Shown here: in pieces, positions 24,011 through 37,605 of the stretch
Numbering within the stretch: the stretch's first letter is position 1
Layout of the letters: every line of letters begins with the position of its first letter
Source: Cystobasidiomycetes sp. EMM_F5
Taxonomy: Eukaryota
Length of the DNA: 64,000 bases
Assembly (NCBI GenBank): GCA_051047955.1
Contig: JBPGPT010000051.1
Location: 1-64,000 of the forward strand
Reading direction: 5' to 3'
Program-made: the position numbers and the translations under genes
The notes under the pieces: generated by a model
The model's database searches: none
Seen by the model: only the letters and a program-made list of their open reading frames with translations
Told to the model about the DNA's origin: nothing

Positions 24011-25571
24011 ATGTCAGCTGCTACGTCCAATACCGCTGGTCTTCAGTCGTCGCAGTTGACTCCAGCAGAAGGCGATCCATTGACGGAATCCAAGTTGCTG
24101 CCGGATATTGTCCCTTTCCCAGCAACGTGGAAGGCAAGTGTTTAGACTTGAGTGCAGACATGGACTATGTCTAACCTGTGAAATTCTCGCAGGCTAGCTT
24201 ACATCACTGGTGGTCATCCTCAACCCTCAGTGGCGTAACTGCGCAGAACGACCTTGTGCGCAGAGGATTCGAAGGCACAAACATTCATTTCGACGAGAGC
24301 TCGTCCGAGGCAATTTCTACACCTCAATCTTTAACAACAGACCCCTCCGCAGGCCACGGGAGCTCTGGAAGCGAGGGAAAGATCGCTAGGATACGAAAGA
24401 TACAGCTAGAGGGCGGCAAAGATCACTATCTGAATGTGCTCGAAGTAGGAACGCCAGTGAGGAAAGCCGGAGAGCACACTTTTGTCGTCCTACACGGCTA
24501 TGGGGGCGCATTCGGTTTCTATTGGCAGAATCTGGCTGCTATGTGTTCTTTTCCAAACACACGCATCTATCTAATGGACATGCTCGGAATGGGGCTCAGC
24601 GGTCGACCTAAATTCCCATCAATCAAAGTCAAGGGAGATGCCTCCTCCACAGCAAACGGCCAAGCGCGAGCTTCTCAGGCGGAGCAGTTCTTTCTCGACT
24701 CTTTCGAAGACTTTGCTCAGAAGGAAAAGTTGAATAAGTTCACGATAATTGGACACAGCCTTGGTGGATATCTCAGTACCTCGTATGCGCTGGCGAAGCC
24801 CGAGAGGATAAACAAGCTCATCCTGTTCAGTCCTGTAGGGATACCTACGAGTCCATACCATTCCGATGAAGAAGCGGAATTGGGCGAGGCTCAGAAGGCC
24901 CAAAAGAACGAAGGTGTCGCTCGAGAATTCTCCGAAAGCCAGAAGAGTACCACCGATAATGCGACTGTGCCCAGCGCCAGCGCGTCAACAAGAGCCAAAG
25001 CTCCAAATTCGTGGTGGACAAAGTTATGGGAAGCCAATATTTCGCCTTTCAGCATCGTGCGCTTTTCGTCCTTTCTCGGACCGAAGTTGGTATCGAGATA
25101 TGCTGCTCGTAGATTCGCGCTGTTTGAAGCGCCGGTGCAGGCGGATCTATTCGCATACCTCTACTCCGTGTACGGACAGCGGGGTTCTGGGGAGTATTGT
25201 TTGGCGCATATCCTCATGCCAGGAGCATATGCCAGATGGCCACTGATCAATCGGATCGGCGCGCTCGATGGCAGGATACCAGTCTCATTCGTGTATGGCG
25301 ATTCCGACTGGATGGACAAGAAAGCGGGACAGCGTGCGCTCGACCTCATCAAGAACAAGCCCGATGCGAGCGAGCTGCAGAGAAAGCAGAGCAAGATGTA
25401 CATCAATGATCATGCGGGCCATTGGGTTTTCTTAGAGTGCGTTGATTCGACGACAGTTAGGCGAATTATGCTAACTGAGCACGTCCCTTTTGTCACAGCA
25501 ACCCGGTCGGGATGGACAAGATACTAAAGCAAGAAATGCAGAATGCCATCCGTGACCATCCGCAAGCATAA
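24011..25571 (+). CDS. CLD1: Alpha/beta hydrolase, cardiolipin deacylase Cld1/ABHD4-5-like
   Basis: VLHGYGG..GF, nucleophile motif GHSLGGYL, EYCLAHILMPGAYARWPL, YGDSDWMD and AGHWVFLDNP after the last intron. Confidence 0.75.
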
Positions 25572-25947
25572 GCTATAGACACAGCACACACGCTGCATTC
25601 TAGATACTCTTCTCATGTCGTTGTAACTGCACTTCTTGGAATACATGAATTGGGACCGACTGATGGCGCGGGCAGGTTAGGTACACACCATCAACACATT
25701 GAGACGCAGTCCGACACCCTCAGAGACCACACATGACATGCTGCTATCATGTCTGACTGCATCTGAAGCGGCCTGAGCGCCATCTCGCGTCCTACGCCCG
25801 GGTCTGCCTCAGGGAAACAGGCATTATTGGCAGCATAAACCACCGGTTGCAGCATCGAGGGACTCAGCAGTCAGCAAGCAACGATTAGACTGCTTGGTGC
25901 TGCGATAAGCTAGCCAGCTGGCACCCACCCTACGCCTACTGCGGGTC

Positions 25948-28900
25948 ATGGGGCCGCGCAAAGACAGTATCAACAACGGACGTCCACTCATCAAACACTT
26001 ACACGAAGAGAATTTTACAGGTGGGCGGCCCTTCCTACTCTTAATTACGACGAGTGCTGACTGACAGACTATAATACTCCCTTCCCGCAATGAATGCTGC
26101 GTGAACAATGCCAAATATGTAGGCGCTACACCCGTGACGAAACGGCTATCGGGCCAGTATCACCAGTATAACTCCAGTGCCGCGCCTAGTAGTCTACCAT
26201 ATTCATACTCTTCAGGCTCGCTGTACCAGTCAACACCGACGTCAAGTTCCGATGCCGGCAACCTCACGCAAACGCCAATTGCTGCTGCCTTTGCAAGGAG
26301 GCCGTCCGAGCCGTCTGGTCTGTCTGGTATGATGGTTCCCAACGCAGGCGAGAGTGCTATTGTCCCAAAGCGCGCTGCTCCCCTCCCTCCGTTGCATACT
26401 CACACAGCATACTCATCAGTCCCGCAAGGAGAGTCGATGGAATCACCGACTGCTGGAGGCAGTGGAGCTCTCCGGTCGTCCTATGTCGTTAGCAGTCGAC
26501 ACCCTCTCAATTCGCAGCACCACTTTCCGCAGCCATCCTCCCTGAAAAGCAGTACAAGCGGTCCCCCAAGCAACGGAAATGCATTCGATCCCTCTATGTC
26601 ATCAAGCCTACTTCAAGCACATCCAGGACTGATTTCGACGCAGAGCTCGCCGTCCGTCTTACCGTATAGTGCTTACAATATATCTGGTCCAATGTCACCA
26701 GCAGCTGCAGCTACGACTCGATTTAGAAACGCTACTGCACCTGCGGTGGGGTCGTCAGATGCTATCGATGGGCATGGTCTGGCGTCCAGAAATATACCGA
26801 CAACACTCGGGGGCGGTGCTTGGGAATTGCTCGAAGAGCCGATTGACTTACAGGAAGGCTCTGCATTTAGCTCAAATCGTAAAATGCCCCTTACATCTCG
26901 TCAGGCGACACAACCGTACTATCAGACGACAAACGGTGGCTTTTCTGGCTATGGCCGCAGGTCAACCGGTTCGGGAGGCTCGGCTGGATCTAGGCCTTCG
27001 TCACTGTTGGCAGCGACACAAGCCGCTGGTTCGGCAGCTGCATATAGTGCGATGGGTAGTAACAATCTCCTCACGGATCCTGCTACAGAAGCCGCTGCAC
27101 AACTGGCTACAGCAACCTTGACCTCATACAGCAACTATTCGCCTACAAATGGTGTTCCGCCCTCACCAACGAGACGCTCCCCCGTTCAAAGATATTCTGG
27201 CAATTACTCGCCAGGAGGCTCGCATCTCTTCATGACGAGCGTATATCCACACAATGCGGAACTGCCGGCGACAAATGCATACGCTTCGACATCGAGTCTT
27301 ACCAATGTCGGCTCGACTTCTTCGATGGCACCCTCAAATACATCGGCTACGACCGTTGCAGAAGTCACGCGCGTGCCGAACAAGCTCATATCGTCAAGAG
27401 CCAGGCGGAGCATGTCTTTAGAAAAGGATGCTGCAATGGCAGCTCAGGTGTCGCACACTCAGCAATTTCAGCAAGCCCCTTCAGGCCTCGCCCCAACGAG
27501 CGATACGTCGCTGGCTCCATCTCTGACATCTAGCACTCACTTCCAACCTGGAGCAATGTCGCGGGATGCCCCGCGACCAATGGGAGTGCGGAAGAAGAGT
27601 TTGGGAGCTGCATCTCCGTTGCTCGGAGACGACGACGTCAGTAGAGGAAGCGGGATCAAAAGCATGTTTGGTTTACTGGGCAAGCAAAGTAAGTTCGGGC
27701 ATCGTAGTGCGCAAGCGTCTTTCAGCTAACAAGCGCTTCATAGACACTGGATCCAAAGAGAAGAAGTTTGAGATTTCTACACCCTACGATCCAGTTCATC
27801 TTACACACGTCGGATTCAACTCTGATACGGGAGAGTTTACGGGCATGCCGAAAGAATGGGACAAGCTATTGCAGGACAGTGGCATATCCCGACAGGAACA
27901 AATGGCACATCCACAGACAGTCGTTGATATTGTAGCCTTCTACCAGGATGCAACAAAGAAGGAGGCCACAAGGCCTGGCGGCGAGGACGATGATGTCTGG
28001 CAAAAGTTTGGCGGAGCTCACGTTCGTCAGCTACCCCAGCCTGGTGCAGGAAGCTCGATGCCTACTCCACCCCAACAAGATCACTTCGAGCATTTGATGC
28101 CGACTCGCGCTGCTCCAAGTCCACCGACAACATATGCACCTTACTCTGCTGCTCCGCCAGTTTATCGAAAGCCTCTTGGACCGCCTCCAGCACAGTCACA
28201 CTCAGCTAGTCTACAACAGGAAGGAGCAGCCACCTCAGCTCCGCCAGAGCCTCCAAGCAAGCTTGACAGATCTATGTCGGTGCGACATGCCCCGAGGGAA
28301 CCTAGTCGCTATCAAGGTCAACACGCCTTGGATCGATCAGCATCTCAAAGGAGGGTGCCGTCAACGGGCGGCAACACATACGAGCCAAGCTTGACCTCAC
28401 CACCGCCTCCGCTGCCTTCTTCTGGCAATGTTCATCCTCTGCCTGAATCCGCACATGCCAATTTCCAGCCGAGTCGCCCAGCTCCACCGATGCCAATGCC
28501 AGGGCTACCGGTTCCAGCGTACCTGGGTGGGCCGAGCAATATCGGCAGTAGTCCCACGGTCGATCAGGCCGCAGCTATGCAAAGCGCCACAGCTTTGACA
28601 TCGGCACCACCGTCAATGAAAGCTCCGAAAGCGGAAAACGGAGAAACTGGAGACGTCCCTGTCGCAGTACCTCGCCGCAGGAAAGTGGACACCCAAGCCG
28701 AGCACGAAGCAGTCGTTGCGAGGTTACGGGAGATATGCACTGATGCAAATCCTACCAAGTTGTATCGCTCGCTTGTCAAGATTGGTCAGGGTGCATCAGG
28801 CGGCGTCTTTACAGCCTATCAGGTTGGGACAAACATGTCAGTTGCCATAAAGCAGATGAATCTCGAACAACAACCAAAGAAGGACGCCATCATTAACGAA

Positions 28901-29587
28901 ATCGTGGTCATGCGAGAGTCGCGGCATCGCAACATCGTTAACTTTATCGATTCATTTCTGTACAAGGGCGATCTCTGGGTAGTCATGGAGTACATGGAGG
29001 GCGGCTCGCTTACCGATGTTTGCACGACCAACATCATGACTGAAGGGCAGATTGCGGCTGTGAGTCGGGAAACGTTGGAAGGGATCAAGCACCTGCATGC
29101 CAACGGCATTATCCACCGCGACATCAAGAGCGACAATGTCTTGCTTAGCATGGATGGCGAGATCAAGCTTACAGACTTTGGCTTTTGCGCTCAGATTAGT
29201 GATGCGAATGCCAAACGGACGACAATGGTGGGCACGCCTTACTGGATGGCGCCAGAGGTAGTAAAGCGAGAGCGATATGGCTCGAAAATTGACATTTGGT
29301 CCTGCGGAATTATGGCCCTCGAAATGGTCGACGGCGAACCACCCTACCTTCACGAGAATCCGCTTAGAGCCATCTACCTGATCGCCACTACTGGCACGCC
29401 GAAGATCAAGGATCCCGAGCGGTTCTCTTCGGCCTTCAGAGATTATCTGAGTCGCGCCCTAAATGTGGTACCGGAAATGCGCCCTTCAGCCAATGAGATT
29501 CTCCAGCATCCCTTCTTTGCGACGGCGGAGCCACTCAAGAATCTCTATCCACTCATTAAAGCTGCAATTCAGGCCAAGAAGAAGTGA
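25948..29587 (+). CDS. STE20: PAK kinase Ste20 (CRIB plus kinase domain, no PH domain seen)
   Basis: CRIB motif EISTPYDPVHLTHVGF, GQGASGGV, HRDIKSDN, DFGFCAQI, TMVGTPYWMAPE and a C-terminal G-beta-binding-like LYPLIKAA. Two introns. Confidence 0.92.
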
Positions 29588-29796
29588 TTCGACGGCCAAG
29601 ATATGATTGTTCTTCTTGCTTGCTAATAGTAAATGCATAGCTGTAAGAGCGACAAGATAAGCTTTGCCAAAGCAGTTTGAGAGCAGCATATTTATGTAGC
29701 AATAGCATAGTTCATGACGTCTTTGTCCGCGTCCTCCAGGCCGGCTGCAGTAGTCTTTTGGATTTGAGGTCCCTTCTGCCTGTTTTCGCCACATGC

Positions 29797-29814
29797 ACGC
29801 GACGGGCTACGCGT
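29797..29814. promoter_or_regulatory. MCB-like cell-cycle boxes upstream of POL2
   Basis: ACGCGA (29797-29802) and ACGCGT (29809-29814) lie ~140 nt upstream of the POL2 ATG. Confidence 0.5.
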
Positions 29815-29952
29815 AAATTTAGGCGTCCCTCTGCCATCCATCTGCAGCAAAACAAAGGCTGAATGCTGGCAATCCTCTCACAAACCCTGCACCCTGATAT
29901 TCTGCTGCAACAGCTGGACAGCCTGTCCAAGTGACTGCTGACCTGCGCCAGA

Positions 29953-32900
29953 ATGGCCGTCGGCGGTCCTTACCGAGGCAAGCAGGGCAATACCAACTTT
30001 CGCGGCAGAGGCAGAGGAGGATGGAAGCCTCGTGGTGGTGGAAGGGGCGGCAGTAGTAGTCATAGCGGGTCTGCTAATGGTAATGGGAGGGGTCACAATG
30101 CTGGTCCTGCAGCTCTCAAGACCGAAGACGGCGGTACTGCGCGTAAGTGGCGACATGGATTGGACGTTGCAGAATGACTGGCTGCGAATGCTCACAATTA
30201 TTGGTACAACAGAGGACGATGCGCTTGAAGACTCCAAAGTACGGGATGAGATTGACGAACGACTCGGTTTCAAGCGATGGGAGCATGGGCCAGCTCGGAC
30301 AGGATGGCTCGTCAATATGCATGCTGTGCGGCACTTGCTGCTTGTCGAACTGGCAAATCGCGAACGCTGACTCCTACGTCTAGACACTGATAAAGGATGA
30401 GCAAGTTGCAGGGGGAAAGGCTGCAGTCGACTTTTACTTTCTCGAGGAAGATGGCGGCGCTTTGTACGAGCGGCAGCAATTCCCCACAGATGAAAAGCTG
30501 ACCTGTTGCAACTGTTTACAGCAAGAGCACAGTGGTGTATGAGCCGTACTTTATGATTGCGTGCAAGGTGAGTGAGCAATGTCTGCCCGTTCTTATTAGG
30601 ACTCTGCTCTAAACCAGGTAATTATACTTAGAATGGCATGGAGGGCCAGGTCGAAGAATGGTTGCTCAAGAAATACGAAGAGACAATCATCCGTTTACAA
30701 AGAGTCCGCAAAGAGGACTTGAAGTTGGTACGTCTTCCCCGCATGTACCGCCGCCTTGTGAAGACTGAAATAAACCCTTGAATAATTTCGACAGCCAAAT
30801 CACCTGCTGGGCTATCGAAGAACATTTATACAGCTATACTTTGCAAATATGAACGATATGTATACGGTGCGGCGCGACCTTCTCCCCATCGTAAACAAAA
30901 ATATGGCAGCAATGGACGCAGTCGACACTTATGCGGAAGTTGTCAGCGGGCTACAAGGTGCAGGCGGAGGAGACGCGCGGATGGAATTTACGGATGGTTT
31001 CGGCGCCGACGATATCGAAGGTGGTTACGTCCCAAAGGCTTCTCGCGTGATAGGGGGCAGCTCGCCCTCCGATGCCATTATCGACATACGGGAATACGAT
31101 ATACCCTACTATCTACGGGTAGCCATCGATAAAGGTCTGCTAGTGGACGATATTATCGGCAAAACGGGCGATACTGATATGTATTTTCCTAAGAAATTCG
31201 GGTTGGACTTTGGTACTCTGTCTCTGCCGAGAATGGCGAGATCCGTCTCGACTGCATCAAAGACCGTGTGGAGCGAGCGGAACCTGTCGTCATGGCATTC
31301 GACATTGAAGTGACAAAACCACCGCTGAAATTCCCAGATGCTGAAAATGATCAGATTATGATGATTTCGTACATGATTGACGGTCAGGGATTCCTCATCA
31401 CAAACCGCGAGATTGTGAGCGAAGACATTGAAGATTTCGAGTACACGCCAAAAGCGGAGTACGAGGGTCCATTTACGATATTCAACGAAGAGAACGAAGC
31501 CGCTGTCATCCGAAGATGGTTTGAACATGTGCAGGAAGCGAAACCGACAGTAATCGCAACGTATAACGGAGACAGCTTCGATTTCCCTTTTGTCGAAGCT
31601 CGAGCGAATCTGCATGGTATAGACATGCTGCAGGAGATCGGATTCGCAAAGGATAACGAGGGCGAATTCAAAAGCAGGCAATGTGTCCACATGGATTGCT
31701 TCCGATGGGTGAAGCGCGACTCTTACCTCCCGCAGGGTAGCCAAGGTCTGAAAGCCGTCACTGTGGCCAAGTTGGGCTACAATCCCATTGAACTCGATCC
31801 CGAGCTAATGACTCCGTAAGCTTCATCCTTCCAATATTACCACAATCAACGTTAATGTACTGGGCTGCTATCAGGTACGCACAAGAGCAGCCTCACATAC
31901 TATCGCAATACTCCGTGTCCGATGCCGTTGCAACGTACTATCTCTACATGAAGTATGTTCATCCATTCGTATTCTCCTTGTGCAACATTATTCCCCTCAA
32001 CCCAGATGAAGTGCTGAGGAAAGGGTCCGGTACACTATGCGAAACCTTACTAATGGTCGAAGCGTATCGAGGAGAGATTATCATGCCGAACCGGCATGTT
32101 GAGAGCTCTTCGGCAATGTACGAGGGTCATCTGCTCGAATCTGAAACCTATGTCGGAGGACATGTTGAGGCCCTCGAGGCAGGCGTATTCAGAAGTGATA
32201 TTTCTACCGATTTCCGCATGGTTCCTGAAGCGTGTCAAAAGGTATGCAAGGGTGATCCTCGTCAGACCCAGACTCTCCTGACATAGACTTTTCCCAGCTC
32301 ATTGATGATCTGGACCACGCTTTGAAGTTTAGTCTGGCAGAAGAAGGTAAAATCTCGCTGGATGATGTCGAAAACTACGACGAAGTTCGGCAATCAATTC
32401 AGAGCACCCTCGAAGAGCTGCGAGATAACCCACTTCGGAGCGACACACCGCTTATCTACCATTTGGACGTTGCAGCCATGTATCCGAACATCATGTTGTC
32501 AAACCGATTGCAACCAGATTCTGTGGTGTCTGAAGCAGCGTGTGCAGCCTGCGATTACAACAGGCCAGGCAAGCAATGCGATCGCCGAATGACTTGGGCG
32601 TGGCGCGGCGAGTACTTTCCTGCCAAATTGGACGAGTTCCGAATGATTAGAAACGCACTGGAGCAAGAGTCTTTCCCACCACTATGGCCAGATGGGCCGC
32701 CCCAGAAATTTAGCGATCTGAAGCCATCCGAACAGACGACCTTGATACACAAGCGACTGGGGGATTATTCGCGTACTGTCTACAAAAGAACACACGAGAC
32801 TAAGATCGTGAAGAAGGAGGCTATAATCTGCCAACGCGAGAATCCATTCTATATCGACACGGTCCGGGAATTTAGAGACCGCCGCTACGTGTACAAAGGC

Positions 32901-35900
32901 TTACACAAAACGTGGAAGAAGAATCTAGATTCTGCAAGTGAAGGGGGATCCCTCTCAGATATCGTGGAAGCCAAAAAGATGATTGTCCTGTACGACTCGC
33001 TACAACTGGCTCATAAATGTATTCTAAATTCGTTTTACGGCTACGTCATGCGGAAAGGTGCTCGATGGCACTCCATGGAGATGGCTGGTATAACCTGCTT
33101 GACTGGTGCAAGTATTATCCAAATGGCACGAAAGCTGGTTGAGCAGATTGGTCGTCCACTAGAGCTTGATACGGATGGTATTTGGTGTATGCTGCCCTCA
33201 AGCTTCCCAGACAATTATTCATTCAGACTCAGGAGCGGCAAGAAGTTTGGCATCAATTACCCGTGCACGATGCTCAATCATCTAGTACATGCGGACTTTA
33301 CGAACGAGCAATATCACGAGCTTGTTGACAAGGATCGTGGGGTATACAGGGTCAAAAGCGAGAATAGCATCTTCTTCGAGCTTGATGGACCCTACCGCGC
33401 CATGATCCTGCCATCCTCAAAGGAGGAGGACAAGCTGCTGAAAAAACGATACGCAGTCTTCAATGAGGATGGCAGTCTAGCGGAGTTGAAAGGTTTCGAA
33501 GTCAAGCGGCGCGGAGAATTGCAGCTCATCAAGATATTCCAGTCGCAAATTTTCGAACAATTCCTCAACGGGAATAATCTCGTCGAATGCTATGCATCCG
33601 TAGCTACAGTTGCTAATCAATGGCTCGACATTCTGTCGACACATGGCGCGAGTTTGACGGATGAGGAGCTTGTCGATTTGATCGCCGAAAACCGCAGTAT
33701 GTCGAGAACACTTTCGGAGTATGCTGGGCAAAAATCGACATCGATCAGCACGGCCCGGCGATTAGCTGAGTTCCTCGGAGAGAACATGGTGAAGGACAAG
33801 GGCCTCTCTTGCCGATTCATAGTATCTGCAAAGCCTTCCGGCGCTCCAGTAACCGAAAGAGCAGTGCCAGTAGCTATTTTTTCCGCCGAGCCTGCTATTA
33901 AGAGACACTTCTTGCGGCGATGGCTCAAAGACAATAGTCTTACGGAATTTGATCTGCGATCCGTACTCGACTGGGAATACTACATCGAACGTTTAGGTTC
34001 GGTCGTTCAGAAGCTCATAACCATTCCTGCGGCAATGCAAAAGGTGTCTAACCCCGTTCCGAGGATCAGACATCCAGATTGGCTACTCAGGCGAGTTGCC
34101 GGTCTAGAAGATCGATTTAAACAGCATAAGCTTGAAGACTTATTTGCGAAAATGCGGAGTACAGCAAACAAAGTCAGACACAATGGACCGGGGGATGAGA
34201 TCTCTGCTACACCAGAGAGCGTCCCTTCGGCCACTACCGAAGAAGGCCAAAATGCAAAGCTCGTAACGCAAGTGCCAGAAGCCGAGGTTGCTCCGCCTGA
34301 TTTCCGTCTCGATTATCCAGCTTGGATTGCATACCAGAAGGTTATTTGGCGCAGACGACGACAGGAACGAAAGGCAGCAAGGACAGCGGGAATCAGTTCC
34401 AAGAACGGTGCTATCGGAGCTATGTTCGGCAGACAGCATTTCAGCCTATCCTCGCACACTTGGGAAATCATACAAATCACTCAGCCTTTAGACGCGCGTC
34501 CTGGAGAATACAAGATGTGGCTACTGATAAACGGTACTCTACAGCCGCTGAAGCTGCGCATCCCTCGCGTGTTCTATCTGAATTTTAAGAAGCTGGATGA
34601 TGTAGAGCGAAGCTTTCCTGCCTTCTGTGACTAGTATGTACTTTCGAGCCTTGTCATCACATCCTTCGCAATACTAATTCGCCTGCCAGCCAATTCGTCA
34701 CGCGCACATTACCTAGGGGTCAAGCATGTCATCACTTGGTTGCTTGCACTACAGATGAGACCTCCTACCGCAAGAACGAGGCAGCGATGTCTATGCTGAT
34801 GAGCCATCCGGACGTGGATGGGGTGTACGAAACAAACGTGCCTCACTTGGTCCGTGCTCTCGTTAAACTGGGCAATAAATGTAATCCAAGTGCAAAATCG
34901 GGTGTCAGTCTCAGTCGCGGTTTAGATCAAGGTTTCCGCCTACAAGACCTGATGTCGCCAATGTCGTCATTGAGCCGTCGAAGATACCTTGACGGAGGTA
35001 GGGCGTTACAGTACGGTTATCTGTACCACAGTAATCAAGACAGTCGACATCTTATCTGCCTGATATTGCCGCAAGAGAAGCCGCGGCTCTACGTGGTCGA
35101 CAGAGGCCGTAACAGAGAACTCCCCAATATGGATAAATACTACTTGGAAGCCAAAGCTGCTTTCGAATCTAAATTTGGAATCGGTCGAGCTGCCTCGCAG
35201 TCGCGAGTATTCGACTATCCTGCTTCGGTAACAATTGAAGTGTCGTACCACGCTGAGCCCGATGTAGTGTACCGCAATATCTCGAAAGAAATGGCAAACT
35301 ATCAGTCGAAGAAGCAGGGAGCAACCGTCATTGCGATATGCTCTGCTGTTAGCAGGTCCTTCTATGAGCAGAAGGTACCTTCTTTACAGCATTTCCCTAC
35401 CGTGATGATACCATCAAGCCGTATGGACAATACGTACCCGACTCGTCTGCTGTGGCAGGCTCCAGCTGCCAAGCGGATGATTCAGCATTACCTGCGATTG
35501 GCATCCTGGTTACAGGACAGACTGGAATATGCGCACAAGGGCAATATACCACTGTAAGACAAGTTGCCTCGCATATATCACATGAAACGAAGCTGACCCA
35601 CTCGACTAGTTCCAATCTTGGAGACGACGCCTCTCTGGCCTTGACGGACATCGAGTACGCTAGACGACTGGTCAAGGCCGATGTGCTGTTGTGGTGGTCA
35701 GCTGGCACAAAACCTGATCTGGGTGGACGTCAGCACGACGCCAATCCACAGAATAGTGCAGACATGTCAGCCAACCCGGAAATTGTCAAGGCTGGCGCAT
35801 ATACAAACGCCTCTGTTGAGATAGCGCTCAAGGACCTCGCCATTGATGCTATATTGCAATCAGCCCTTGTTTATGAGCTCGAAGGGGCGGAAGGGGCTGT

Positions 35901-37428
35901 GTCGATTGGCTTTACTGAAGCTTCGCACAATCTTGACGAATACGCCAAAGGCACTGCTCATGCTGCTGTGGTCCTCGGCGATTCGATCCTTCCTACACAA
36001 ATTTTCAGCATTGTCAAGAGCATGATCAAGACATGGTGGACAGAGGGTAGCAAAAACGACGGACATCATGCTCGACGTATGTTGGACAGCTTTTGGAGGT
36101 GGGCCACATCTCCGTCGTCATCCCTTCACGATCCGGCCTTGCAGAGATTCGTGCTTGGTCTTATGCGAAAGACATTCTCCCAACTCTTGGCAGAATTGCG
36201 CAGACTAGGCTCTGAGATAGCGTATGCCAACTACAATCGCATTATACTTGTGACGAATAAGCCTAACTCGGCGGCGGCATACGCTTATGCCAATTACGTC
36301 GTCTCGTCCATCAATTCTCGCGAGCTGTTCAAGTTCGTCGACCTTAAGATCCTCAATTTCTGGGATCTATACATTCAGATGGACGCGTCGAATTTTGCTG
36401 GGATCATATGTCAGAACCCGCTGGTAGAACCAGACCTTTTGGGCAAACCTCCGCAAATTGAAATGACATGGCTCATACAGGCGCTGCTACCGCCAGCCGT
36501 ACGACCTGTCTTTGCGTCCGTAGTAGCCGCATTCGTTCAAGGCCTCCGGACAAACAAGATCAATACGAGCGATCATCGGACTCCTTTGCGTGCATTACAG
36601 AATCCGTCCCAAACGCAACCCGATCCCCACAAGAAGGCGGAGCATGAAGCGGCGAAGTCCTTCATCACTACCAAGATGACGCGCATTGTCCTTCGAGCGG
36701 TTGAGGAGGTCCGCAAAGAGTACGCTAATTCTATGACCAGCACGAATGAACATTTAAAGAACTCCATGCTGTTTCCGCGATATCCTGGTTCAAAACTCGC
36801 TACTGAAAAGCACGTCCTTGAGTTTGTGAAGGCCGTATGCGCCGTGCTCTCACTCGCGCGCGATATGCAGCTTGAAGTGGGGGCATTGCGCAAGAATGTC
36901 TTGGATATGATAGGCGTTAGAGAAGTACGTGCAGCCGTTTTCACTCTGCCTGATGACGCAGCTTAGATATCGCGTTCTTAACAGTTCGCCACGGAAGCAG
37001 CCTTTAGGCAGCCCAGCGTGTCCTTCAAGGTTCCAATTGCCTGCCAGCACTGCCAGATGTGGCGTGATCTCGATTTATGCAAAGATCCTGATCTACTATT
37101 ACCGAGCGCGAGCGATCCGGAAGCAGTGTGGTCATGTCCGGCGTGCAAGCATTCGATTGACAAAACAATTGTTGAATGCAAACTCATCGATATCTTGCAA
37201 AGTCAAATGGCGAGTGCTACTCTGCAAGACCTACGCTGTCAAAGGTGCAACCAAGTCAAAGCCAGCAACATGGCTATCTTGTGCGAATGCTCTGGAGCCT
37301 ACAAGCTGGAAGCAGCATCGGTCGACTTTTCCAGGAAATTACATGTCATTCGGGAGCTGTCCGAGTACTACCGTCTGGATTTGGTCAAGGGATTTGCCGA
37401 TGACCTAGTACAATTGATGCCTTTGTGA
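29953..37428 (+). CDS. POL2: DNA polymerase epsilon catalytic subunit
   Basis: Exonuclease motifs MAFDIEVTK and [11 protein letters not shown]. Polymerase motifs [22 protein letters not shown] and ELDTDGIW. C-terminal CysA/CysB motifs. Confidence 0.98.
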
Positions 37429-37605
37429 TTCGGTAGGAGGTAACATCAGATGTGAGGACGCTAGGAGTTCGTTACAGCAGTGCACCGCGTTTACCATAGT
37501 CACCACCAGCCTCACAGACGTAGTTGGACGCTTCAGCACAATCAGTCAAGCTAAGTACTCGTAAACTGTCGTTGTACTAGTCTGAAACTACAACGAGTCC
37601 TCCTG

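Noticed and set aside
25948..29587. STE20 as a marker of a mating-type (P/R) locus
   Set aside because: STE20 is MAT-linked in some basidiomycete yeasts, but I saw no STE3 receptor, CAAX pheromone ORF or homeodomain gene in this window.
34632..34634. Apparent premature stops and frameshifts in POL2 and other genes
   Set aside because: Those I traced are resolved by GT-AG introns (here TA|GTATGT...CAG|C gives TAC), so these are not pseudogenes or recoding events.
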